From Alphaproteobacteria bacterium (lineage in GTDB: Bacteria > Pseudomonadota > Alphaproteobacteria > Rickettsiales > Rickettsiaceae), in assembly GCA_030430995.1 (NCBI GenBank), contig JAUIKA010000001.1, positions 1 to 49,082 on the forward strand: 49,082 nucleotides of DNA. Reading direction: 5' to 3'. Every line of letters begins with the position of its first letter. Position 1 is the stretch's first letter. Position numbers and translations under genes: made by a program. The notes below the pieces were generated by a model. The model was not told the origin of the DNA, made no database searches, and saw only the letters and a program-made list of their open reading frames with translations. Shown piece after piece: positions 1-9,167 of the stretch.

Positions 1-195
1 AATAAACCTCAAACAAATGATGCTATAACAGTTGTCTTAGATTCTACAGGATTAAAGATTAGTGGCGAGAAAGAATGGATGCAGACAAAACATGGGGTTA
101 GACCTAGAAAAACCTGGAGGAAGTTGCATTTGGCAGTATCAGAAGATGGTGAGATTCTAGCGTCAGAGCTAACAACGCTTGGCGTTTGTGCATAA
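1..195 (+). pseudogene. IS5-family (IS903-like) DDE transposase, internal fragment
   Basis: Frame 1 reads ...VVLDSTGLKISGEKEWMQTKHGVRPRKTWRKLHLAVSEDGEILASELTTLG, the DSTG...W(R)KLHLAV core typical of IS5/IS903 transposases. There is no start in the window. The frame ends at 193-195, where an IS-end-like 19-mer (181-199) begins. The 63-aa minus ORF in the track is antisense to this. Confidence 0.7.
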
Positions 196-636
196 ATCAA
201 AATGTTTCTAGCAATAGTTAATACTTGCTATCCTTGATAGAGTAATAATATGGCCTCAGGGTAATTAACCCATGATTTTGGCAATGAGGTGCCATTTGAT
301 AGACTAAAAAAATCTTATAGTGACAAAGGTATAAAAAAAATACTAATGGATTATACCAAAAATCCGGTATAAATAGCTCTATTTCTCCCCATAAGATACG
401 ACACTTCCTTTTCACTTGGATAAAAATCAATGTATTGATAATGCGTTATTACAGCCTTCTTCGGGGCATGAGAGTAGGAAGTCGTTAGAAATATATTCAA
501 AACTCTCTATAACAGATGCAAAAAAAGAATACGATAATGTTATAACAAAGTTTCCAATATAATAGTACCGCATTCGTTTATACCAAATGGCACATGATTT
601 CCGTTTTCGCACTTAGTTCTGGTTACCCATATATAC
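181..636 (+). mobile_element. Decayed 5' portion of a second copy of the same IS, starting with its terminal repeat
   Basis: GGCGTTTGTGCATAAATCA (181-199) matches 18/19 the reverse complement of the IS end at 2615-2635. The downstream + strand carries stop-riddled remnants resembling an IS903-type N-terminus (..SG*LTHDF.., PFDRLKKSYSDKGIKKIL). The 13-mer GTTCTGGTTACCC at 616-628 recurs at 2348-2360 in the other copy. Confidence 0.4.
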
Positions 637-730
637 TTGCTTTAGAAAGATTAAACTGTTTCATTAAATCTCTAATTTTTACTCCTGCCCTTCTTTGCTC
701 ATGAAGAGCGTCTAAAGTTATATTGTCTAG
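623..730 (-). pseudogene. Serine-recombinase C-terminal HTH remnant
   Basis: A minus-strand open segment reads LDNITLDALHEQRRAGVKIRDLMKQFNLSKASIYG*, bounded by stops. It resembles the C-terminal HTH of the intact resolvase at 1639-2223 (..INSGKSISSIARQFNTSRQTILR..). Confidence 0.35.
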
Positions 731-775
731 TTATTATATAACAATTATCCTAAATAATAAAAAACCCATATTAAA

Positions 776-1174
776 TTACCTTATAAGAACAATCTCAGCA
801 TTTGGCAGATTCAACTCAGCCCAAATTTTATCAGCGGTGTAAATAGGAGCGCCAAGATGCATACCAAGGGCGATACATGCTCTGTCACCTAGAGATAGTC
901 CGTATGTTTTAGCTTGTAGGGATATACTACCGCTAATTTCAGCTTGAATATGATCGAAAGATATTATATTTGATATCAAGCTGCCTATAGTATCTTTTAT
1001 TTGATCTGTATTAATATTACATCTTTGAGTATAGAAATTGATTATTCCAGCATATGTTACAGAGCTGATTACCCCATAGGGAAGTAGATCATTGATATTT
1101 TTAGAAGTATGCTCCTTATTTAGAAGTGCAATTATTACAGATGCATCTAAGACTACTGATTTATCAGACCTCAT
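776..1174 (-). CDS. vapC: PIN-domain toxin (VapC-like)
   Basis: 132 aa. The N-terminal VVLDASVIIALLNKE is a typical PIN start. It overlaps the upstream small antitoxin ORF by 11 nt. Confidence 0.8.
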   Translation of the reverse strand: MRSDKSVVLDASVIIALLNKEHTSKNINDLLPYGVISSVTYAGIINFYTQRCNINTDQIKDTIGSLISNIISFDHIQAEISGSISLQAKTYGLSLGDRACIALGMHLGAPIYTADKIWAELNLPNAEIVLIR

Positions 1175-1415
1175 TTTTTGCCTCTTTTCTTCTATCTTCT
1201 ATTAGCTCATCAACCAAAGATATATTATTTGTACCAAACTGGGAAAAGAAATTTTGAGCATCTTTTACTGCTTTATCTAAGTTAATAATACGCAATTCAT
1301 CATCTACGGCGCGTATTACAAAAGTGTCTGTAGTTTTATAATTCATAGTTTTTCTTATGGAGGACGGTATTAGCAATCTACCATGTCTATCCATTGAGCT
1401 GTGATAATTATTCAT
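1164..1415 (-). CDS. vapB: AbrB/MazE/SpoVT-fold antitoxin (VapB-like)
   Basis: 83 aa. RHGRLLIPSSIRKTMNYKTTDTFVIRAVDDELRI matches the swapped-hairpin AbrB/SpoVT motif. It lies directly upstream of, and overlaps, the PIN gene. Confidence 0.75.
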   Translation of the reverse strand: MNNYHSSMDRHGRLLIPSSIRKTMNYKTTDTFVIRAVDDELRIINLDKAVKDAQNFFSQFGTNNISLVDELIEDRRKEAKNEV

Positions 1416-1638
1416 ATATTATTTATATTATATATACATAACATAATTGTAACATAATATTATAATACGTACAATATATTATATATATCAATAAAAATTA
1501 ATATGGCATATTTTAACTATAAAAGCTGCCCAAAAACGATCGTTTTAGTACAGCACTGCAAACTATGTCCAAAAATTATATTGAAGGCATTTAGTACATA
1601 GGTTATAATAAGTACAACCTTTTTGATATATTTTTGCT

Positions 1639-2223
1639 ATGTCGCGTAGTTTTATTTATGCCCGCGTTTCCACATTTGAACAAAATTTAGAAAATCAGAT
1701 AAAAGAAATAAAAGATGCAGGATTTACTATAAAACCTAATCGCATTATTACAGAAACCATATCTGGCTCCATGCCAATGCCCAGAAGGGAAGGTTTTATG
1801 CGCCTGCTGGATAAAATGGAATCTGGAGATATATTGATAGTAACCAAGCTGGATAGGTTAGGTAGAGACGCTATAGACGTAGGCACTACAGTCGCTAAAT
1901 TAGGAAAAATGGGTATAAAAGTACATTGCCTAGCTCTTGGAGGAGTAGACCTTACAAGCTCAGCAGGAAAGATGACTATGGGGGTGATAAATGCAGTTGC
2001 ACAATTTGAGAGAGATCTTCTTATAGAGAGAACTCAGATAGGGCTCGCCTCAGCCAAGGCTAAAGGGAAAAAACTTGGCAGACCCAATGCATTATCTAAA
2101 GATGATTGCAGCAATGTCATGGAATTAATAAATTCAGGAAAATCGATATCATCTATAGCTCGGCAGTTTAATACTAGCAGGCAGACCATATTGAGAGTTA
2201 GGAGAAAAACAGAACAAATTTAG
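1639..2223 (+). CDS. Serine recombinase (resolvase/invertase family)
   Basis: 194 aa. The N-terminus FIYARVSTFEQNLENQ (catalytic Ser motif), ..LIVTKLDRLGRD.. and a C-terminal HTH (SISSIARQFNTSRQTILR) are all present. Confidence 0.9.
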   Translation: MSRSFIYARVSTFEQNLENQIKEIKDAGFTIKPNRIITETISGSMPMPRREGFMRLLDKMESGDILIVTKLDRLGRDAIDVGTTVAKLGKMGIKVHCLALGGVDLTSSAGKMTMGVINAVAQFERDLLIERTQIGLASAKAKGKKLGRPNALSKDDCSNVMELINSGKSISSIARQFNTSRQTILRVRRKTEQI

Positions 2224-2231
2224 CTATAAAA

Positions 2232-2635
2232 AGGGCATTGGTGCATAAAATCCATAATTTCATTATCCTCTACTGATTTGATTAAAATCATTGTACCACT
2301 GTTAAATCAAGGAAAACAAAAGTGTAGTTTGCCGAATTCTTTCCTTCGTTCTGGTTACCCCAAGTATATCCGAACTAGGGGGAGATATGCATGGGAGGCC
2401 AAACATTATTATAGAAGAAAGGAGATAGTAGAAGCTACATTTTCTAGATATAAATCTATCTTTTCTGGTAAATTAAGATTCCGTGATTTTGAACGCCAAA
2501 GGACAGAGACAAAAATTGCAGTAAAATTACTTAATAAATTCAAAGAATTAAAGGTTAACAACCATGAGGCTGTTGCATAATTATTTGGGTAAGGGGAAGG
2601 TCTTTTCTATATTCTGATTTATGCACCAACGCCCC
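2232..2635 (+). mobile_element. Internally deleted (MITE-like) derivative of the IS5/IS903-like element
   Basis: Terminal inverted repeats are AGGGCATTGGTGCATAAAATC (2232-2252) and the reverse complement of 2615-2635 (GGGGCGTTGGTGCATAAATCA). Only the transposase C-terminus is retained (2278-2580: ...YRRKEIVEATFSRYKSIFSGKLRFRDFERQRTETKIAVKLLNKF). The ORF-track start is a TTG and not credible. Confidence 0.55.
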
Positions 2636-2727
2636 TATAACATACAAACCCCTCAAAAACTTATGTTCTCAGTATACTCCCATTAAACCTTAAATTCCAT
2701 AAATATTTATTATGTAAAGAACAATAT

Positions 2728-3882
2728 TTATCCCCCCATACCTGCATCGCCTTCAGTAAATTCAGCTGCACCTGCTAAATTAGTACCCCCTAAAAGATCC
2801 AAGTCAAACCCTAGCATTTTTGATGCAGCTAAAGAAATATCCTTATCTTCTTGAAGCAATTGCTCAATTTGCTCTTCTGTGAAGCCTGTTTTTTGAGCAA
2901 GTTTTTCAACCTCTTGAGTAAACTCTAATAAATCAAGAAGCTGCTTGACTTTTCCTTCAGCTCTTCCTTTAGCTTCTCCTTCAGCTCTTCCTTTAGCTTC
3001 TCTCTCAAGTAACAATTCCTCTCCTTCTTCTTCGTTTCTTACCCATTTCCAATGCATAGCTCTCTCATCAGGTTCCCATGTCATTTGGTCCATAGCTATA
3101 TAGCTTTTCTTTATAATATCATCCCTATCTTCTGGAGCATTTTGCTGAACTGAGCATGTTAATAAGAAGTCTAATATCTGTAATTTTAATGGACTATCTT
3201 TTGTAATATTTTCTGAATCTGGATGTTTTTGAAATTTACCTAGTTCAAAAAACTTCCAATGCATTTTATTCCCTGGATATACCTCTTGGGTTTGCTGTAC
3301 AGTAGGGATAACATCTATTTCATACAAAGTTTGGTCTTTTAAAGCTGTATTTCCTATAAATACATTTTCTTTTGACAAAACTATTATATATGTATCTAAA
3401 ACCTTTTCATGATAACGTGAACCTTCACCCTCTCTTACCTGCCCAGAGATAAGTTTAGTCATATATTCTTGCTCTCGTGCAAGGAAATATTTAGTCTTTT
3501 TCCTTTGCATCTCTACTGCTATCTTCTGCCCTGATGTGGTAGTACATAAAACATCTATAGCGCCTCTAATACTAGGACTATCTCCTATAAGCTTGCATCT
3601 CTCTAATGCAGCATCATTGATGCTAACATCTTGTATTTCTTTATTACCTGTGAACCCTAAGAAGCTATTTAGAGCACTAATTAATATCTCTTTATTTGCT
3701 TCTGTGCCAAATAATTTCCTAAATGTATCATCATAAGTAGGGTCTGCAAATCTCCTTTCCGGAATCAAGGTAGTTGTTGCAAAACTTCTAACAAATTGCT
3801 TTTGGGGCATTGTATATTTAGGCGCTAATACATACGACATGCATGGGAGTGTTTGTAATCCTTGACGTAACATTGGCAACAT
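2728..3882 (-). CDS. Rpn/PD-(D/E)xK family nuclease ('transposase-like') with extended Gly-rich C-terminal tail
   Basis: ADPTYDDTFRKLFG near the N-terminus and DVLCTTTSGQKIAVEMQ (D..E.Q nuclease core) are present. There is a tandem EAKGRAEG x2 (24-nt repeat at about 2950-3000). The true start may be the internal Met about 24 codons downstream. Confidence 0.65.
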   Translation of the reverse strand: MLPMLRQGLQTLPCMSYVLAPKYTMPQKQFVRSFATTTLIPERRFADPTYDDTFRKLFGTEANKEILISALNSFLGFTGNKEIQDVSINDAALERCKLIGDSPSIRGAIDVLCTTTSGQKIAVEMQRKKTKYFLAREQEYMTKLISGQVREGEGSRYHEKVLDTYIIVLSKENVFIGNTALKDQTLYEIDVIPTVQQTQEVYPGNKMHWKFFELGKFQKHPDSENITKDSPLKLQILDFLLTCSVQQNAPEDRDDIIKKSYIAMDQMTWEPDERAMHWKWVRNEEEGEELLLEREAKGRAEGEAKGRAEGKVKQLLDLLEFTQEVEKLAQKTGFTEEQIEQLLQEDKDISLAASKMLGFDLDLLGGTNLAGAAEFTEGDAGMGG

Positions 3883-4027
3883 ATGTTTTACCTTATAGAT
3901 TGTTAGTTTTTATAATAACATAAATCTATTACTTATGTTGTTAGTTTTTATTTTTAGTCTTCAAACATATTATTGCTTGCATGATAGTTAATATCTTTTA
4001 TATAATTAGCCTTTAAACACTTAATTT

Positions 4028-4303
4028 ATGAACAAAGAAGAATTCGTTAGCCTTATGGCTAAAAAACATAATATAACAAAACTAGAAGCTCAGAAATCTA
4101 CTGACTATTTCTGCTCTACTGTAACAGAAGCTTTATCTAATGGCGGAGAAGTTGGTTTAATTGGATTTGGAAAATTCTCAGTGAACTCTATCCCAGAAAG
4201 GAAAGGCCGCAACCCAAAAACCGGAGCACCTATGCTAATTAAAGCATACAGACAACCTAAATTCTCTGCTGGGAAAAAATTGAAAGAGTCTTGTAATCGG
4301 TAG
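4028..4303 (+). CDS. HU/IHF-family DNA-binding protein
   Basis: 91 aa. MNKEEFVSLMAKKHNITKLEAQK...GFGKFSV..RKGRNPKTGAPMLIKAYRQPKFSAGKKLK matches the canonical HU arm and body. Confidence 0.9.
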   Translation: MNKEEFVSLMAKKHNITKLEAQKSTDYFCSTVTEALSNGGEVGLIGFGKFSVNSIPERKGRNPKTGAPMLIKAYRQPKFSAGKKLKESCNR

Positions 4304-4319
4304 TAACAATACAAGAAAC

Positions 4320-4796
4320 TTAGCTTATTTGAACATATCCTCTATATTTTCTTCTTTTGCCAATATCAGCTAACTTTTCTTGGAATTCTTTATCTATAAT
4401 GCGTGGCACTACTATAGTAAGTATCCCTTTGTCTAAAAAAGATTCTATCTCTTTAATATTTGCATCTAAAGGTATTTGTATAGACTGAGCAAATTGCCTA
4501 ACTCTACTTTGGGATGTTTCTTTGCTATCATTTCTTGTATGACTATTAATATTTATTCGCCCTGATATCATCAGATAACTATTCTGATATATAATCTTAA
4601 TATCCTTTTTAGCAAAACCAGGAACTTCCATAGTAATGGAATAATGATTATCATCGGTATCTATATTGCATGATACCGATTGCTGATAATTATAAAATGA
4701 CTTAGATTTATAAAGATCTCGATCAACATTCCAGAAATTATCCATCATGTTATTCATCTCTTTTTCCATCCTATTAAAATGAGTAAGTGGATCCAT
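4320..4796 (-). CDS. Small heat-shock protein (Hsp20/alpha-crystallin family)
   Basis: 158 aa. ..YSITMEVPGFAKKDIKIIYQNSYLMISG.. and ..QSIQIPLDANIKEIESFLDKGILTIVVPR match the alpha-crystallin domain pattern. Confidence 0.85.
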   Translation of the reverse strand: MDPLTHFNRMEKEMNNMMDNFWNVDRDLYKSKSFYNYQQSVSCNIDTDDNHYSITMEVPGFAKKDIKIIYQNSYLMISGRININSHTRNDSKETSQSRVRQFAQSIQIPLDANIKEIESFLDKGILTIVVPRIIDKEFQEKLADIGKRRKYRGYVQIS

Positions 4797-5015
4797 TGTA
4801 TAATATGAAATTTTCTTCGGTTGAACTTGAGATTTGTAACAATACTTGTCATAGAGTAGATAAACTACTGAAACTATTAAAAGAGTAACTACGCAGCATC
4901 TGATCTTGCTACATTTCTTTCTGCTACAACAGCTTTCTTATGCCTCTTTACTTATTTCATTATTCTGCACTTCTGACATATCCTTTTCTTTTTATAAATT
5001 ATTATAATTAACTTA

Positions 5016-5690
5016 CTAGTAATTTTTTACTAAAATCAATAATATTAAATGTCCTGTAAATAACAGCAATGAGTTCCTTGATAAAATTCTCATTTTACCA
5101 GGATATATCTGCCTTTGCATATTACGTCCTACAAGTAGTAGATATAATACTACAAACATACAAATGTTAGCAATAATATAATTGATATCCCACCTAAACC
5201 TTAAATAGGCGTATATAGTAGATGCCGCTAAAGCTATAAACAGCTCTAGGTATTCTTGGCTGCCTAGCCTTTGCATTTTTGCTTTATGGCCTATAACCAT
5301 AAAGCAAAAAGGTAAACAAGTATACTCTAGCGGAAAAGGATCTATAAAGATAGAAGGCAACATCAGCCAAAAGCTTATTGATCTTATAAGTAGTTTTAAA
5401 TCTGCCCATAAAAGCAATTGTCCTAGAAAAAGAGAAAACAATATATTTAGCTGCCCAGGCAATAATAATTGTAATATTACTCCGCAAAGTAATATCCATT
5501 TGTTAATGCGCCTGTAGTTATAGCCGCGAAAATAAGCAAATATAGGCATAGCGGGCCTTCCTAAAAGCCTGAATATCATTTGATCAGGAAAGAAGAACAG
5601 CCCTATATGATCAATTGCTGCCAATAGCAGAGCTATCGCTTTTAGTAGGTCCTGGAAGTTCGACTTCTTCCCTACTGATAAATCTATCAT
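5016..5690 (-). CDS. traX: TraX-like polytopic membrane protein (F-pilin acetylase family)
   Basis: 224 aa and very hydrophobic. The N-terminal LLKAIALLLAAIDHIGLFFFP resembles the TraX K.iA...M.iDH motif. It lies immediately downstream of traD and overlaps the traD 3' end by 80 nt. Confidence 0.55.
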   Translation of the reverse strand: MIDLSVGKKSNFQDLLKAIALLLAAIDHIGLFFFPDQMIFRLLGRPAMPIFAYFRGYNYRRINKWILLCGVILQLLLPGQLNILFSLFLGQLLLWADLKLLIRSISFWLMLPSIFIDPFPLEYTCLPFCFMVIGHKAKMQRLGSQEYLELFIALAASTIYAYLRFRWDINYIIANICMFVVLYLLLVGRNMQRQIYPGKMRILSRNSLLLFTGHLILLILVKNY

Positions 5691-7341
5691 TTTTATTTTT
5701 TAGTTTAATGAGTGGCAGCTGCATCTTTATAGCTTTAATTTTAGGATCTATTGTAGATATATAACACTGTCCATCTTTTAAATTGGCTATATCGCTACTT
5801 GTCACTAATGGCTTATCTCTTACTTGATCTGATATTTGAACCCCATCTCTCATCTCATGCGAGCCGTAAGAGATACTCTCATTTCTCTCTTTTTGCTCTA
5901 TGCGGCCAAAACATGAAGAGATAATATTATCTATATTAGGTTCGCTCATTCTGAAAAAAGCTTTAGTGCCAAATTGAGAGAACATTGTCTTAGCTTCCAT
6001 AGAGCCATAGATGCTAAATAATTGCGATATAGATTGCATAGCAGATATAATGCATCCTCCATATTTTCTCAGCTCTGAAAGGGCCGTAGAGAGTGACTTA
6101 AGCTTTTTTAGTGAAGCAAGCTCGTCTATAATGATCCAAGTTCTCTTTTTGTCACTATCCTTATTCATGAGTAGTAAGATTAATATATCTAATAGGCCAG
6201 ATATAATTGGTTGCATCATAGATCTTTGAGTAGGCATAGCAAATAGAAATAACCAATTATTATTTTCTGAATTTAGCCAATCTTTTATTGTAAAAGGCTG
6301 GCCATTATCACTTAAATGTTTTAGAGACTTTGAATAAGCTTGAACATTCATCATCATGCTAACAGAAGTTGCGTTATCTGAGCCTGAAAAATATTTATAC
6401 GAACCTCTGTTTTTATAATCCTCCTTTTTAGCTGTAGTTAGAAATTTGAATACTTCAGATGGCCTTGTCTCGCCTTTTTCTAGAAGTATCTCTATAGTAT
6501 CTGTAAATATCTCACTAGATGCTAAAGACCATATATCATCACTAGTCTTATTTGGTTGATAAAAACAAGATGCAAAACTATCTCTGATAGTTGCATCCTT
6601 CAGTTCACTATATATATCCCATTTATGGGACCTTGTATCAAAAGGGTTAAAAATAATATCACCTTCTCTATAGTAGTGCTGAACCATGTCTCCTGTTTGA
6701 TCTACAATGAGAGCTTTTTCGCTTCTGATCTGAGGAAGAAAATTATGCAGCATATTCGTCTTTCCAGAGCCCGTAGCTCCGCTAATAAGAAGATGCCTTT
6801 TCTCGCTATTTTTTATTAGGTGAAGCTTGCCTAATTTTAAATCTCCCTTATCTTTCCCTATAAGCTTATTAGCACTAACAATATCAAGTATCTTGCTGCC
6901 TTTTTTTAGCTCTTTATTATTGCCCATTTTAGAGAAAAATAAAAATATCATAGCTAAATTTGCTATAAATATCTTTATCCCAAAGATGGCAGTATTTTTT
7001 AGGTAACCAGCACATGTATATGCTTTATAGTGGAGTAAGTTTTTTGCAAGAGAGCAGGAAATTGAGTTATTAAAACCTTGTTTAGTTACAATAAAGATCT
7101 TTATATCAGTAGCTTTTGGGGATAGCATTTTTAATATCTTTGAAAGGCTGCATGCAAGATAAGCAAAACCATATGAAACAGTAGCAAGGTAGTCATACTC
7201 AGCTTTATGTAGATAAAGATGGACCCCTATAATAATTAAAGTAAAGAAAAATGCATATTTACAGGTTTTACTTCCCACCTGATGGATCATCCTAACCTGA
7301 TGAAGAAATACTTGCCCTCCTCTGGTTAGATCTTTTAGCAT
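5611..7341 (-). CDS. traD: F-type coupling protein TraD (T4CP)
   Basis: 576 aa. It has N-terminal TM segments, Walker A LLISGATGSGKTN and Walker B WIIIDELASL. Confidence 0.85.
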   Translation of the reverse strand: MLKDLTRGGQVFLHQVRMIHQVGSKTCKYAFFFTLIIIGVHLYLHKAEYDYLATVSYGFAYLACSLSKILKMLSPKATDIKIFIVTKQGFNNSISCSLAKNLLHYKAYTCAGYLKNTAIFGIKIFIANLAMIFLFFSKMGNNKELKKGSKILDIVSANKLIGKDKGDLKLGKLHLIKNSEKRHLLISGATGSGKTNMLHNFLPQIRSEKALIVDQTGDMVQHYYREGDIIFNPFDTRSHKWDIYSELKDATIRDSFASCFYQPNKTSDDIWSLASSEIFTDTIEILLEKGETRPSEVFKFLTTAKKEDYKNRGSYKYFSGSDNATSVSMMMNVQAYSKSLKHLSDNGQPFTIKDWLNSENNNWLFLFAMPTQRSMMQPIISGLLDILILLLMNKDSDKKRTWIIIDELASLKKLKSLSTALSELRKYGGCIISAMQSISQLFSIYGSMEAKTMFSQFGTKAFFRMSEPNIDNIISSCFGRIEQKERNESISYGSHEMRDGVQISDQVRDKPLVTSSDIANLKDGQCYISTIDPKIKAIKMQLPLIKLKNKNDRFISREEVELPGPTKSDSSAIGSN

Positions 7342-7344
7342 TGG

Positions 7345-7581
7345 TTATGCTTTTAAAATATCTTCAATTTCTGCTAGAGACAGCTTTGTTACTTTAGATA
7401 TTTTTTTAACTGAATCGCCATAACTATAAAGCGAGATTACAAGTTCTTTTATTCCATCTTGATAACCCCGCTCTATCCCTCGAGCATATCCTTGTGCATC
7501 CCCTTGAGCATGGCCTTGTTTAATACCATCTTCAAACCAAACATCAGCGACTGATCTCATAACTTCATGACCTCTTGTCAT
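7345..7581 (-). pseudogene. Duplicated Rpn C-terminal module (tail-only ORF, 78 aa)
   Basis: It reads MTRGHEVMRSVADVWFEDGIKQGHAQGDAQGYARGIE..., near-identical at the nt level (7471-7577 vs 7691-7809) to the 3' part of the upstream Rpn gene but followed by a different HTH-like tail. It is out of frame with the upstream ORF (offset 232 nt). Confidence 0.5.
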
Positions 7582-8512
7582 CTAGTAATAGTTTTTTTAT
7601 CTCTTCTTCGGTTAAATCCGTAGCTTTTGAGATTAGATTTATATCTAACTTTTGCTTTAGAAGATTTTTAGCTATTAATAACTTGCCCTGCTCTATCCCT
7701 CGAGCATATCCTTGTGCATCCCCTTGAGCATGACCTTGAGCATGACCTTGTTTAATACCATCTTCAAACCAAACATCAGCGACTGATCTCATAACTTCAT
7801 GACCTCTTGCATTTTCTATTAATCCTTTTAATTCTACTATATTTTCTTCTTTTATTCTAGGAATCATATAACTTATAGATATCCTGAATATATCTTCATC
7901 TACTTTTCCTATTGTCATCTCTATAGAAGATAAAAACTTCATAAAATCTCTGTCTCTTATATGCTTCATCAAGCATTCTATATAACCTAAATTATCTGAT
8001 TTTAAAATCTCTTTATCATCCATAGATTGCAGATCTATCAATTTATACTCTCCTTCAAATAACTGCCTAGCAAGATCAGGATCTGTAAAATGATCATAAA
8101 AACTCCTTTTGGCTGTATATTTCTTGCTTCCGTTATAAATTAGCATGGGGCAGATAAGTGGCAAGATTTTTTCCTTCTTAGGATCCTGCTCTTTAATATG
8201 CATCTGGCAAATACTCATCATATATTGCCTCATCCTAATTGCTATATTTGGGTCTATTGTTGACTGATGTTCTAGCAAAATATAAACATATCCATTACTA
8301 CTTGAAGATTTGAACAGGCAATCAGAAAGAGTTTCTTTAAGCTGCCCATCTATGAAACTATGCTTTGTCATTTCTAAAGATGAGATATCTATAGCTTTCT
8401 TAATATTTTCAGGCAAGTGCGTTTCAAAAAACTCTTTAGCAACCTTAGGGATAGAGAGAACTTTCTTTAAGAATTGATCGGATTTTAATCTTTGCGGTTT
8501 ACTTTTCTTCAT
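7565..8512 (-). CDS. Rpn/YhgA-like PD-(D/E)xK recombination-promoting nuclease ('transposase_31-like')
   Basis: 315 aa. LKSDQFLKKVLSIPKVAKEFFETHLPE..., ..YVYILLEHQS.. and a C-terminal GHAQGHAQGDAQGYARGIEQG repeat tail are present. Confidence 0.75.
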   Translation of the reverse strand: MKKSKPQRLKSDQFLKKVLSIPKVAKEFFETHLPENIKKAIDISSLEMTKHSFIDGQLKETLSDCLFKSSSSNGYVYILLEHQSTIDPNIAIRMRQYMMSICQMHIKEQDPKKEKILPLICPMLIYNGSKKYTAKRSFYDHFTDPDLARQLFEGEYKLIDLQSMDDKEILKSDNLGYIECLMKHIRDRDFMKFLSSIEMTIGKVDEDIFRISISYMIPRIKEENIVELKGLIENARGHEVMRSVADVWFEDGIKQGHAQGHAQGDAQGYARGIEQGKLLIAKNLLKQKLDINLISKATDLTEEEIKKLLLDDKRS

Positions 8513-8587
8513 AGATAAGAGTTTCTGATAATTTTACCAAATATAGAGGCAAATATGCTATACTAAAATTATAAAGAGGAACATAAT

Positions 8588-9163
8588 ATGGCAAAGAGTT
8601 TAAATAAAAACAAAGAATTATCCAAAAATCAAAAATCTTGCCTCAAGCTTATATTATCTACTTATTTGTCATTTTTTATAGCAAATTGGCTTTGCTCTTT
8701 TGCTTGTACTACTAAAATGACAGAAGTCCTATATTGCTTAGCGCTTGCTATTATGTTTATATCAAGCAAATATAAATCCTACATCATAGAAAAAGCTAGA
8801 ATCAGTGAAGGCTTACAATATGCAAAAGAGCAGCCTTTGCATACAAAAGACAGCAACCTAACTCTTATAGCCGCGGTACTGGCGCTCTTGCCTGCAAGTT
8901 TTATAAGCTTCATAGAAGGAGAAACTACCACTACTGTGATAGCAATATTACTTACTCTCAAAGTAATATCTGCTTTTGTAATTCCTATCTTGCCATGTCT
9001 TGCTTATATAGACGTCTTTAATCAGGATGTCACTATTGCTGTTTTTGATTTGGAGGGGAATGGGCAAATAGATACCTTGACAAAACATTCGACAAAAAAA
9101 TGGGATGAAACAACAAGAACTAGCCCTTTATACAAAAACATTCCTGGCAACATTTGGCGCTAG
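8588..9163 (+). CDS. Hypothetical polytopic membrane protein
   Basis: 191 aa with several hydrophobic segments and no recognisable motif. It is convergent with traG (stops 5 nt apart). Confidence 0.4.
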   Translation: MAKSLNKNKELSKNQKSCLKLILSTYLSFFIANWLCSFACTTKMTEVLYCLALAIMFISSKYKSYIIEKARISEGLQYAKEQPLHTKDSNLTLIAAVLALLPASFISFIEGETTTTVIAILLTLKVISAFVIPILPCLAYIDVFNQDVTIAVFDLEGNGQIDTLTKHSTKKWDETTRTSPLYKNIPGNIWR

Positions 9164-9167
9164 TACT

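Noticed and set aside
9-612. Minus-strand ORFs 9-200, 218-430 and 427-612
   Set aside because: The plus strand of the same DNA carries recognisable, partly decayed IS5/IS903-type transposase sequence. The minus-strand ORFs have no motifs and look spurious.
1535-1625. Three AGTACA hexamers (1547-1552, 1593-1598, 1611-1616) upstream of the resolvase as res subsites
   Set aside because: Hexamer recurrence in very AT-rich DNA is not significant by eye. No clear dyad symmetry with the 28-34-bp spacing expected for res sites could be established.
2278-2580. 100-aa ORF as an intact gene
   Set aside because: Only its last about 75 aa resemble a transposase C-terminus. The 'start' is a TTG inside an IS shell that lacks the catalytic core, so it is treated as a remnant.
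4797-5015. Heat-shock (sigma-32 or CIRCE-type) promoter upstream of hsp20
   Set aside because: I found no convincing CTTGAAA..CCCCAT or CIRCE palindrome. Only generic AT-rich -10-like hexamers are present.
4105-5499. ORFs 4105-4314 (antisense to HU) and 5284-5499 (alternative frame inside traX)
   Set aside because: They overlap well-supported genes, carry no motifs and have atypical composition.
8588-9163. 191-aa membrane protein as the TraS/TraT entry-exclusion function next to traG
   Set aside because: It is on the opposite strand from the operon, TraS has no conserved sequence to compare with, and only position argues for the call. It is kept as hypothetical.
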